Origin: an uncultured Staphylococcus sp.
GTDB taxonomy: Bacteria > Bacteroidota > Bacteroidia > Bacteroidales > Muribaculaceae
Length of the DNA: 64,000 nucleotides
Assembly (NCBI GenBank): GCA_964477665.1
Contig: CAYZFG010000003.1
Location: 16,776 to 80,775 of the forward strand
Direction of reading: 5' to 3'
Positions 29,093 to 37,758 of the stretch are shown here, piece by piece (the stretch's first letter is position 1; every line of letters begins with the position of its first letter). The translations under genes and the position numbers were made by a program. The notes under the pieces are model-generated. The model was not told the DNA's origin. It did not search any database and saw only the letters and a program-made list of their open reading frames with translations.

Positions 29093-31108
29093 ATGAAACT
29101 AAGCCACATCTTAACCGCATCAATCTCAGCTCTCATGCTCACAGCTTCATGCTCCCGCGGAACTGACGCCAAGTCCGACGCCGATTTCGACTACACCGTC
29201 GACCGCTTCAACGACATCGAGGTGCTCCGCTACAAGGTGCCCGATTTTGACCGCCTCACCCCGCAGCAGCGTATCCTCGTCTATCACCTGACCGAGGCTG
29301 CTCTCGCCGGTCGCGACATCCTCTGGGATCAGAACGGCAAGTATAATCTCGCCATCCGCGACATGCTCGAAAATGTCTACACCGGCTATCAGGGCGACAA
29401 GTCTTCGCCCGAATATCTGGCTCTGGAAAAGTATCTGAAGCAGATATGGTTTGCCAACGGTATACACCACCACTACTCGATGGATAAGTTTACCCCCGAG
29501 TTCTCCCGCGAGTTCCTCGCAGCTCAGGTTACCGCTCTGGCTCCCGAGGCTCAGCCTGCCGATACAGCCACGCTCTTCACCGTGATTTTTGATCCCGCCG
29601 TAATGGCCAAGCGCGTAAATCAGGCCGAAGGTCAGGACCTCATCGCCACGTCGGCCAACAATCTCTACGAGGGCGTCACTCAGGCCGAGGTCGAGGCTTA
29701 TTACAACGCTATCAAGGATACCACCGTGGCCAATCCCATCTCCTACGGACTCAATACCCGCGTAACTAAAATCGACGGCAAGGTCGTGGAGCAGCCTTAC
29801 AAGATAGGTGGCCTCTACTCGCCAGCCATAGAGCGCATCGTGGGTCATCTCACCGAGGCCAAGAAGTATGCCGAGAATCCCGCCCAGGCAGCTACCATTC
29901 AGCGTCTTATCGACTATTATACCACCGGCGACCTCGCTACTTTCGACGATTATTCCATCAAGTGGGTGGAGGATACCGCTTCGCAGGTCGATTTCATCAA
30001 CGGCTTCATCGAGAGCTACGGCGACCCCTTAGGCATGACCGGCTCATGGGAATCCATCGTGAATTTCAAGAATGTAGAGGCTTCTGACCGCACCGAGAAA
30101 ATCTCGGGCAACGCTCAGTGGTTTGAGGACAATTCGCCCGTCGATCCCCGCTTCCGCAAGCCCCACGTCAAGGGTGTATCGGCCAAGGTCATCACCGCCG
30201 CCATCCTCGCCGGCGACTCATATCCCGCCACTCCCATCGGCATCAACCTCCCGAATGCCAACTGGATTCGCGCGGCTCACGGCTCCAAGTCCGTGACCCT
30301 CGAAAACATCACTCAGGCTTACGACGAGGCTTCTCACGGCAACGGTTTCAATGAGGAATTCGTTATCGACGAGCAGACTTCTGACCTCCTCGACCGCTAC
30401 CTCTTCATTACCGACAATCTCCACACTGACCTCCACGAGTGCCTCGGCCACGCTTCAGGCCAGCTCCTTCCCGGTGTGGACCCCGACGCCCTCAAGGCCC
30501 ACGGCTCCACCCTCGAAGAAGCCCGCGCCGACCTCTTCGCACTCTACTATCTCGCTGACCCCAAGCTGCTCGAACTCGGTCTGCTCGACAATCCCGATGC
30601 CTACAAGGCTGAATACTACAAGTATATCCTCAACGGCCTCATGACCCAGCTCATGCGCATCGAGCCGGGCAAGGATGTAGAGGAAGCCCACATGCGCAAC
30701 CGCCAGCTCATCTCAAAGTGGGCTTACGAAAAAGGCAAGGAGGCCAACGTAATTGAATTCGTCAAGCGCGACGGAAAGACTTACATTCAGATCAACGACT
30801 ACACCGCACTCCGCAACCTCTTCGGCCAGCTCCTCCACGAAATACAGCGCATCAAGAGCGAGGGCGACTACGAAGCAGGCCGTGACCTCGTGGAGACCTA
30901 CGCCGTAAAGGTTGACCCCGAGCTCCATCGCGAAGTACTTGAACGCTACGCATCGCTCAACATTGCCCCCTACAAAGGCTTTGTCAACCCCGTCTACACC
31001 CCCGTAAAAGACTCTGACGGCAACATCACCGACGTCACCATCTCTTACGACGAAGACTACATCCCCCAGATGCTCCGCTACTCACGCGAATACCGCACCC
31101 TCAAGTAA
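29093..31108 (+). CDS. Dipeptidyl peptidase III (M49), lipoprotein
   Basis: HECLGH and EEARAD zinc motifs; lipobox ASC. Confidence 0.92.
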   Translation: MKLSHILTASISALMLTASCSRGTDAKSDADFDYTVDRFNDIEVLRYKVPDFDRLTPQQRILVYHLTEAALAGRDILWDQNGKYNLAIRDMLENVYTGYQGDKSSPEYLALEKYLKQIWFANGIHHHYSMDKFTPEFSREFLAAQVTALAPEAQPADTATLFTVIFDPAVMAKRVNQAEGQDLIATSANNLYEGVTQAEVEAYYNAIKDTTVANPISYGLNTRVTKIDGKVVEQPYKIGGLYSPAIERIVGHLTEAKKYAENPAQAATIQRLIDYYTTGDLATFDDYSIKWVEDTASQVDFINGFIESYGDPLGMTGSWESIVNFKNVEASDRTEKISGNAQWFEDNSPVDPRFRKPHVKGVSAKVITAAILAGDSYPATPIGINLPNANWIRAAHGSKSVTLENITQAYDEASHGNGFNEEFVIDEQTSDLLDRYLFITDNLHTDLHECLGHASGQLLPGVDPDALKAHGSTLEEARADLFALYYLADPKLLELGLLDNPDAYKAEYYKYILNGLMTQLMRIEPGKDVEEAHMRNRQLISKWAYEKGKEANVIEFVKRDGKTYIQINDYTALRNLFGQLLHEIQRIKSEGDYEAGRDLVETYAVKVDPELHREVLERYASLNIAPYKGFVNPVYTPVKDSDGNITDVTISYDEDYIPQMLRYSREYRTLK

Positions 31109-31129
31109 TCGTCACATCATCTTCCACAT

Positions 31130-31162
31130 AAAAGGACTCCCCGCCCGGGAGTCCTTTTTTTT
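31130..31162 (+). terminator. Intrinsic terminator after DPP III
   Basis: aaaaggactcc / ggagtcctttt stem plus T-run. Confidence 0.85.
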
Positions 31163-31216
31163 GGATAAACCAATCGCGCTTCAAAATTGTTACCAAAGAA
31201 AAAAAACTTTACGACT

Positions 31217-31516
31217 ATGAACTTTACTACCACTTCTGACCGCATCTATGCGACCGATCCCTCCGGCAAAGTTATAGCCGAGGTAACATTTCCCACCTGC
31301 GACGGCATCTCAGTGATTGACCACACCTACGTTGACGACTCTCTCCGAGGCCAAGGCATCGCCTCAGAGCTCGTGAAACTCGCTGCCGAGAAAATCCTTG
31401 CCGACGGCAACAAGATCGCCGCCACATGCCCCTACGCCGTAGTGTGGTTTCAGCGCCACCCCGAGTACCCCACCGTCCCCCACGGCACCCCCGCCTGCCC
31501 CCTCCGCCAGCACTGA
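31217..31516 (+). CDS. YjdJ-like small GNAT acetyltransferase
   Basis: IDHTYVDDSLRGQGIA, ATCPY. Confidence 0.85.
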   Translation: MNFTTTSDRIYATDPSGKVIAEVTFPTCDGISVIDHTYVDDSLRGQGIASELVKLAAEKILADGNKIAATCPYAVVWFQRHPEYPTVPHGTPACPLRQH

Positions 31517-31659
31517 CCGCTACAGAATTGTAGCCTTGCTACGGATGTGTTGAAAATTTTTCCGAAACAGGGGAATTATTCCACGCCATGATATTTCACA
31601 AGTGAGATTTTGCGAGATTGAAAATATTATCGTAATTTCGCGGAAAACGTTACTTGAGT

Positions 31660-32191
31660 ATGAAACGAATAGGTGGTCTTTTTGCAATACTGTTCGGGTT
31701 GGCTGTCACAAGTGTGGTAGTTTGGCTGCTGTTTTGGGTGGCAAATGGTGTGATGTGGCTGAGCGGCATTGGCGGCGAGGCGCTCCTCAGCGATTTGTTT
31801 CTACGCGATGCAAGTACATTTGGCCGGGTGGTAATTTACCTTATAGGTTTTGAATCTATTTTACTTCCTTGCGCTTGAGAAGACAATCGGCTCGGTCGAC
31901 ATCGACGAGCCGGGACCTGTCGTGCTCATTACCGGAATCTTGATGACACTTCTGGTGGTAACAGTCTACGATCCCCGCATCGCATCCCATCTTCCCGGGT
32001 TCATGGAGAGCGCCGTACACTGGCTCCAGACCTCGTGTAATGCCCGTCTTGTGGGTGGCATAAGCATGACTAATGTCGACTTCTCAGGCTCGATTACCGA
32101 TCCTGTATATTATAACCTCTTTGATTTTCTGATTATCTTATCCGGAGGCTTCTGGCTCATCGCCCAATTCTATCTTAAAAAGAATTGGTGA
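31660..32191 (+). pseudogene. Multi-TM membrane protein apparently split by a +1 frameshift (T-run at 31848-31851)
   Basis: Two overlapping hydrophobic ORFs (31660-31878, 31850-32191) fuse to 176 aa if one T is removed. Confidence 0.5.
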
Positions 32192-32241
32192 ACTTGAATG
32201 TTAATTAATGACACATCCAAATATTACGTTTATTGGAATGC

Positions 32242-33114
32242 TTAGAAAGGTAAATCGATGCCGTAATAATCCTTAGGCTCCTCTACTATGTTAAATCCAG
32301 TGGTATAATGAAAATCATGAATCTTATCCCTATACTCCATTACAACATATTTGTTGTCTAATTCTTTTCTGCGTTGCCTTGATAAATGTGAGAATTCAAA
32401 TTCCTGTTCGATACCTAGAAATCTTCGACCAGACAAATTTGCTGCTATGCCTGTTGTTGAAGACCCTGCAAATGGGTCTAAAATCCAATCGTTTTCATTA
32501 GTGCTAGCTAGAATTATGCGAGTAAGAAGGGCCAACGGTTTTTGTGTCGGATGCTTGCCGCATGACTTTTCCCAACGGCCTATTGCAGGGAGACGCCACA
32601 CGTCTGTCATCTGCTTGCCCTCGTTGATTGCTTTCATCAGCTCATAATTATACTTATGAGGCACTTTGGGACTCTTACGCGCCCAAATGATAAACTCAGT
32701 TGAGTATGTAAAGAAACGACATGAAATGTTGGGCGGTGGATTAGTCTTTGCCCAAGTAATAACATTTAGAATTTTATAGCCAAGCTCTGTCAAAAGGTTG
32801 GCTATGGCAAATATGTTATGATGGGTTCCTGAAATCCAGATAGTTCCATTTTCTTTTAACTTCTCACGACATAAAGTTAACCATTTCCGGTTAAATTCCA
32901 TTATAGATTCCGGTGTGCCACCTTTGTCCCAATCTCCTTTATCAACGCATACAACCTTTCCAGCCTGATAACTAATTCCACCATTGGATAGAAAATAAGG
33001 CGGGTCAGCGAATATCATATCAAACTTGAAATCAAACTGAGGTAGCACGTCAAAACAGTCACCATGAACTATGGTGAAGGCTCGGTCGTCTGATTTGTAA
33101 AAAGGTTTTATCAT
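32242..33114 (-). CDS. Beta-class N6-adenine DNA methyltransferase (M2.DpnII/DpnA-like)
   Basis: FADPPY before DPFAGSSTTG; HPTQKP; start at ATG 33114. Confidence 0.88.
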   Translation of the reverse strand: MIKPFYKSDDRAFTIVHGDCFDVLPQFDFKFDMIFADPPYFLSNGGISYQAGKVVCVDKGDWDKGGTPESIMEFNRKWLTLCREKLKENGTIWISGTHHNIFAIANLLTELGYKILNVITWAKTNPPPNISCRFFTYSTEFIIWARKSPKVPHKYNYELMKAINEGKQMTDVWRLPAIGRWEKSCGKHPTQKPLALLTRIILASTNENDWILDPFAGSSTTGIAANLSGRRFLGIEQEFEFSHLSRQRRKELDNKYVVMEYRDKIHDFHYTTGFNIVEEPKDYYGIDLPF

Positions 33115-33241
33115 TAATAGATGGTTGATAAATTCAGTTTTAGAATTAATTGTGTCTGCATAAATTTTCTTACAGTACAAAGCTCATTTTGCTTGTGTAA
33201 GTCACCTTTCCCAACAGACGCACTTGTTTTATTTTAACTCT

Positions 33242-34066
33242 TCATTTTTTTAATTCAGCTATAAATTCGTGAATGTTAGTAAGATTATATACACTGGGGA
33301 CATGGGCAAAAGCTTCTTCAAGTTTATTTCGGGCAGATTCCCAACCAATACCGTCAGTTATCCAAACGAACTCAAAGCCGGGAACTGCATTGATTTTCGG
33401 GGCAAGTTCAGTGTAGGAACGAGCTACTTCATTTAGCTTTGAACCTCCGCCAGTATAGAAGTTAGCTTCTATAAGATAGGTCTTATCTTTTGTTCTGATA
33501 ACGAAATCAAATCTTTTATTGTCCGCGCCTAATGCCCGAACTATTTCGGGAAATTCTGTATAGTAGACTTCTTGTTCATAAGAGATACCATGCTTCTCGA
33601 AAATATTAGCTACAAGATCCTCCATGATATGCCCTCCTCTGTTTTTACGAGCATTGGAATCAAGACCCACTTCAACTCCAAAGACATAGTCCACAAGGTT
33701 CTTGATTTGCTTTTTCTGAAATACTTCTGTAAGTCCTGTATCCTTCAAGAACTTTGTTACCTGTTCAGGAGATGTGAAATAATCTGAGACAAGGAGGATA
33801 TTACCATTCTCATCAATAGCTTTCTTTTTGTCCTTTGTGCGGACTGCTATGAGAATATCCAGAACCGAGAATACTTTTGGATTCTCTTCCCACAACCGTT
33901 CCACAGCTTTAGCCATATCTTCCTGCCCAATAAGATAGTTAAGCTGATTCAGCTTGATAGAAATTGCCTCTACATTTGCTGCGACCTTCGGGAAATCCAC
34001 ATAGTCTTTCAACGAGAAGTGGGTTTCTTTCAGGGGTTTCATAAATTCGTTAAAACGGTCTGCCAT
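33242..34066 (-). CDS. DpnII-family type II restriction endonuclease (GATC)
   Basis: GVEVGLDSNARKNRGG, KRFDFVI, IEANFY..GGSKLNE, WITDG. Confidence 0.9.
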   Translation of the reverse strand: MADRFNEFMKPLKETHFSLKDYVDFPKVAANVEAISIKLNQLNYLIGQEDMAKAVERLWEENPKVFSVLDILIAVRTKDKKKAIDENGNILLVSDYFTSPEQVTKFLKDTGLTEVFQKKQIKNLVDYVFGVEVGLDSNARKNRGGHIMEDLVANIFEKHGISYEQEVYYTEFPEIVRALGADNKRFDFVIRTKDKTYLIEANFYTGGGSKLNEVARSYTELAPKINAVPGFEFVWITDGIGWESARNKLEEAFAHVPSVYNLTNIHEFIAELKK

Positions 34067-34069
34067 AAT

Positions 34070-35014
34070 TTATAAGTCAAAAAGGTTTGCGGGAGAACCT
34101 TGGAAGTCCTCGTAGTTTCTAATTAATAATTCTGTAAGAGTTCCTCGCTTAGCCGCATTGGCGTTGATATTCCTTTTGGCATAAACTCTTTCAATAAAAA
34201 AATCTTTATAGAGCTCGTCAAAGAACACGTCTTCTGGATTACGTCCCTTGCAATCGGAATTACTGAGCATTTCTTTACAACCTTCCGATGAAAGAGAAGA
34301 ATAAAATTCTTTGAGGCGAATTTGTTCATTATCATCAAACGTCTCTTTTACGTATGAATTGAAACTTGATGTAGCATCCAAGGGTCTATAGGGAGGGTCA
34401 AAGTAGAAGAAAGTATAGCCATCTACATAGTCGCCGGTTTGAGCAAAATCCCCATTGAGAATTTCTACTTTCTGTAGTAGTTCGCTATCTGCAAGAATTA
34501 GTGATTCATCGCAGATTGTAGGATTGGAGTATTTACCAAACGGCACATTGAATGCTCCCTTGGAATTTTCGCGATACAGACCGTTGAAACATGTGCGATT
34601 TAGGAAGATCATGTAGGCTGCTTCTTCAATGTCGGTAAGACACACTTGATTAAAACGAGAACGGATATTCAGAAATAATTCTTTTTGCTTCTCAAAGGCT
34701 CCAGCAGTTCTGAATTGTTCTTGTAAATCCGTTAACGCGTTAATTAGAGAATGTGGATTATCTCTAATAATAGTGTAGGTCTTCATTAAGTGAGGGTTTA
34801 TATCATTGATGATAGCCTTTTTGATGTTTGGATATTTCTGGAGCATAAAGAAAAGCATGGCTCCTCCACCTACAAAAGGTTCTATGTAGGTTACAGTCTT
34901 TTCTTTACTGAATGCTTTAGGAAGAAAAGAATCGATGGTAGGTAGCAACTGGGTCTTGCCACCTGCCCATTTAAGGAAGGGTTTAGCTTTAACTGTTGTC
35001 TCAGTTTGAATCAT
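34070..35014 (-). CDS. Dam-family (M1.DpnII/DpnM-like) GATC adenine methyltransferase
   Basis: KWAGGK, EPFVGGG, NGLYRENSKGAFNVP, DPPY. Confidence 0.92.
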   Translation of the reverse strand: MIQTETTVKAKPFLKWAGGKTQLLPTIDSFLPKAFSKEKTVTYIEPFVGGGAMLFFMLQKYPNIKKAIINDINPHLMKTYTIIRDNPHSLINALTDLQEQFRTAGAFEKQKELFLNIRSRFNQVCLTDIEEAAYMIFLNRTCFNGLYRENSKGAFNVPFGKYSNPTICDESLILADSELLQKVEILNGDFAQTGDYVDGYTFFYFDPPYRPLDATSSFNSYVKETFDDNEQIRLKEFYSSLSSEGCKEMLSNSDCKGRNPEDVFFDELYKDFFIERVYAKRNINANAAKRGTLTELLIRNYEDFQGSPANLFDL

Positions 35015-35106
35015 CTAAAATGTAATTTCAATTAGGTAACCGCCCACGTAGCATCTGAAGGCTGACCTTGTTGAGTCATGCTCGCTTAGCCACTGTTTGT
35101 GTAATG

Positions 35107-35114
35107 CAAAATTA
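35107..35114 (-). promoter_or_regulatory. -7 promoter element of the RM operon
   Basis: TAATTTTG on the minus strand about 90 nt upstream of the MTase ATG. Confidence 0.6.
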
Positions 35115-35195
35115 CACAAAATATTTAGTTTGTCAAGATTTTTATGGTTACTATGCATAATGAAAAGAGAACTAATTAAAAAGAAAAAATCCAAA

Positions 35196-35440
35196 AGGCA
35201 CCCGAAAGGTCGCCGATTAAAGCTGCTTTGCGTGGCTCTACAATCGGCGGCCTCCGGACGCCTGTCGTTTAATTCTTAATGTTGTACCCGAACGCCTCCG
35301 CTGAGCTACGGCGGTCGGGGCTACTCGTAAATCGGCGGCCTTCGGACGCCTTTAAGTGAAGAAGAATTATAATGTATTATTCTATCACACAACAAGTTAC
35401 CACCGGCTCTTATCCGAAACCCGCACAGCGACGTCACTAC
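35196..35440. repeat. Cluster of GTAG/CTAC-ended REP-like palindromes
   Basis: aatcggcggcc[t/c]..ggacgcct at 35242-35263 and about 35330-35351; inverted partner at 35196-35218; CTAC ends at 35241, 35323, 35440. Confidence 0.65.
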
Positions 35441-35548
35441 ATCCGTAAATAAGTCACGGATGTGTTGAAAATTTTTTCGGTGGGGAGTGTTGGAAATATG
35501 AGAAAAAGTAGTACCTTTGCGGGGTGATATTTTTTCACTTGACCGAAG

Positions 35549-36436
35549 ATGAAATCAAAGGTTCATTTCACCAAGATGCACGGCATCGGCAACGACTACA
35601 TCTATCTTAATTGCATGGAGTCGTGTCCGGTCAACCTCCCCTCCCTCTCGCGCGAAATGAGCGACCGCCACAAAGGCGTAGGAGGCGACGGCATAATACT
35701 CATTTTGCCCTCTGATAAAGCCGACTTCAAAATGCGAATCTTCAACGCCGACGGCTCGGAAGCGAAGATGTGTGGCAACGGCAGTAGATGCGTAGCAAAG
35801 TTTATCCACGACTTCAATCTCTCTGACGCTAACCCGATACACCTTGAAACCCTCGCCGGTATCAAGGTGCTTTCGCTTTATATAGACCCTGCCACCGGCC
35901 TTGTCGACAGCGTGACGGTAGATATGGGCGTGCCCGTATGGGAGCCGCAGGCTATCCTGGTGAGATTTCCGGGCGAGCGCATGGTGAGTCAGCCTGTCAA
36001 GGCGGGAAGCGGAGTGGTAATGCTGTCGGCTGTGTCGATGGGCAATCCTCACGGCGTGGTTGTCGTGGATCGGCTCGATGATTCTACGCCTGTCACCACT
36101 CTCGGCCCCGTGCTCGAAAATCATGAGATATGGCCTGACCGTGCAAATATAGAATTTGTAGAGGTGAGGTCGCGCAGCGAGATAGCGATGAGAGTGTGGG
36201 AGCGCGGTTCGGGCGAGACCATGGCTTGCGGCACGGGTGCGTGTGCGTCGGCGGTGGTATGCCATGAGTTAGGGTTGACTGATCGTAAAGTTACGGTGCA
36301 TCTGCTCGGGGGCGACCTCAATATAGAGCTTGCCGATGACGGCCACGTGATGATGACCGGCCCTGCCACCACGGTATTTACCGGCGTGTGGGAGAAGCCG
36401 TGGGACATGATACCTACTTCAGAACTTCACACATAG
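35549..36436 (+). CDS. dapF: Diaminopimelate epimerase
   Basis: KMHGIGND, MCGNG, SMGNPH, ERGSGETMACGTG; TACCTTTG at 35512-35519. Confidence 0.96.
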   Translation: MKSKVHFTKMHGIGNDYIYLNCMESCPVNLPSLSREMSDRHKGVGGDGIILILPSDKADFKMRIFNADGSEAKMCGNGSRCVAKFIHDFNLSDANPIHLETLAGIKVLSLYIDPATGLVDSVTVDMGVPVWEPQAILVRFPGERMVSQPVKAGSGVVMLSAVSMGNPHGVVVVDRLDDSTPVTTLGPVLENHEIWPDRANIEFVEVRSRSEIAMRVWERGSGETMACGTGACASAVVCHELGLTDRKVTVHLLGGDLNIELADDGHVMMTGPATTVFTGVWEKPWDMIPTSELHT

Positions 36437-36477
36437 TTTCAATATATATTTCTTTTTATTAGTTTCACAGGTACATT

Positions 36478-37719
36478 ATGCTAAAGGTAAATTCTGACTA
36501 CTGCAAGCTTCCCGGCAGCTATCTCTTCAGTGAGATAGCCCGGATAGTGAGCGACTTTACCGCCGCCCATCCCGATGTGGAAATAATCAGGATGGGCATA
36601 GGGGACGTGACGCAACCGCTGTGCGCCCCCGCCGTCAGGGCTATTCATGATGCTGCCGACAAGCTGAGCCGCGCCGAGACATTCCGCGGCTACGGCCCCG
36701 AGCAGGGACACGCTTTCCTGCGTCAGGCCATAGCCGAGGGTGATTACCGCGAGCGCGGCATCGACGTGAGCGCCGACGAGATTTTCATAAGCGACGGCGC
36801 CAAGAGCGACATAGGCAACATCGGCGACATCATCTCAGCCGATGCACGCGTGGCTGTGACTGACCCGGTGTATCCCGTGTATGTGGATACTTCGGTGATG
36901 GCAGGCCGTGCCGGCGAGCTGGGTAAGGACGGTCGCTGGAGCCGCCTTGTGTATCTTCCCGTGACGGAGGAAAACGGCTTCGTGCCGCAGCTTCCCGAGG
37001 AGAAGGTCGACGTGATCTATCTTTGCTATCCCAACAATCCTACGGGCACCGTACTGACCCGCGCCCAACTTCAGCCGTGGGTTGACTACTGCCGCCGCAA
37101 CGGCTCGCTGCTGATATTTGATGCCGCCTATGAGGCTTACGTCACCAGTCCCGACGTGCCCCGCTCCATATACGAGATACCCGGTGCGCGCGAGGTGGCA
37201 ATAGAGTTCCGCAGTTTTTCGAAGACGGCCGGATTTACCGGAGTGAGACTCGGTTATACCGTGGTGCCCCACTCTCTCGTGGGACTTGACAGCGACGGCA
37301 ATCCCGTGAGCCTTCACCGCTTGTGGCTCCGCCGCCAGACCACGAAATTCAATGGCGCTTCCTATCTTTCACAGGCAGCCGGCGCCGCTCTATATACCCC
37401 TGAAGGACGCCGCTGTGTAGCCGAGGGTGTGAAATATTACCTCGACAATGCCGCGCTTCTCCGCGAGAGCCTTGTGCGATGCGGGTTGAAAGTGTGGGGT
37501 GGAGTCGATTCTCCCTATCTCTGGGTCAAGACTCCCGGTGAGATGACCTCGTGGGAATTTTTCACCGATCTGCTCCACAACTACGGCATCGTCACCACAC
37601 CCGGTGCCGGATTCGGCCCCTCGGGCGAAGGCTACGTGAGGCTCACGGCGTTCAACACCCGCGAGAATACCCGCCGCGCCGCCGCCCGCCTGGAGTCACA
37701 ACCTATGATAATCAAATAA
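36478..37719 (+). CDS. dapL: LL-diaminopimelate aminotransferase
   Basis: GYLFSEI, GYGPEQG, SDGAKSD, CYPNNPTG, SFSKTAGFTG. Confidence 0.95.
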   Translation: MLKVNSDYCKLPGSYLFSEIARIVSDFTAAHPDVEIIRMGIGDVTQPLCAPAVRAIHDAADKLSRAETFRGYGPEQGHAFLRQAIAEGDYRERGIDVSADEIFISDGAKSDIGNIGDIISADARVAVTDPVYPVYVDTSVMAGRAGELGKDGRWSRLVYLPVTEENGFVPQLPEEKVDVIYLCYPNNPTGTVLTRAQLQPWVDYCRRNGSLLIFDAAYEAYVTSPDVPRSIYEIPGAREVAIEFRSFSKTAGFTGVRLGYTVVPHSLVGLDSDGNPVSLHRLWLRRQTTKFNGASYLSQAAGAALYTPEGRRCVAEGVKYYLDNAALLRESLVRCGLKVWGGVDSPYLWVKTPGEMTSWEFFTDLLHNYGIVTTPGAGFGPSGEGYVRLTAFNTRENTRRAAARLESQPMIIK

Positions 37720-37758
37720 TTACATCAAAATAAAATCCCCAAAAACCGAAACGATTTT

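Larger units (their letters stand above)
31541..35476. mobile_element. 3.9-kb AT-rich restriction-modification island bounded by 21-bp direct repeats
   Basis: acggatgtgttgaaaattttt at 31541-31561 and 35456-35476; strong GC drop; no integrase. Confidence 0.55.

Noticed and set aside
31541-31561. dif/XerCD site
   Set aside because: Only a loose likeness to the XerD arm (tgtgttgaaa); no XerC arm or 28-bp architecture.
35196-35360. Mini CRISPR array
   Set aside because: Repeats are partly inverted, irregularly spaced and few; no cas genes.
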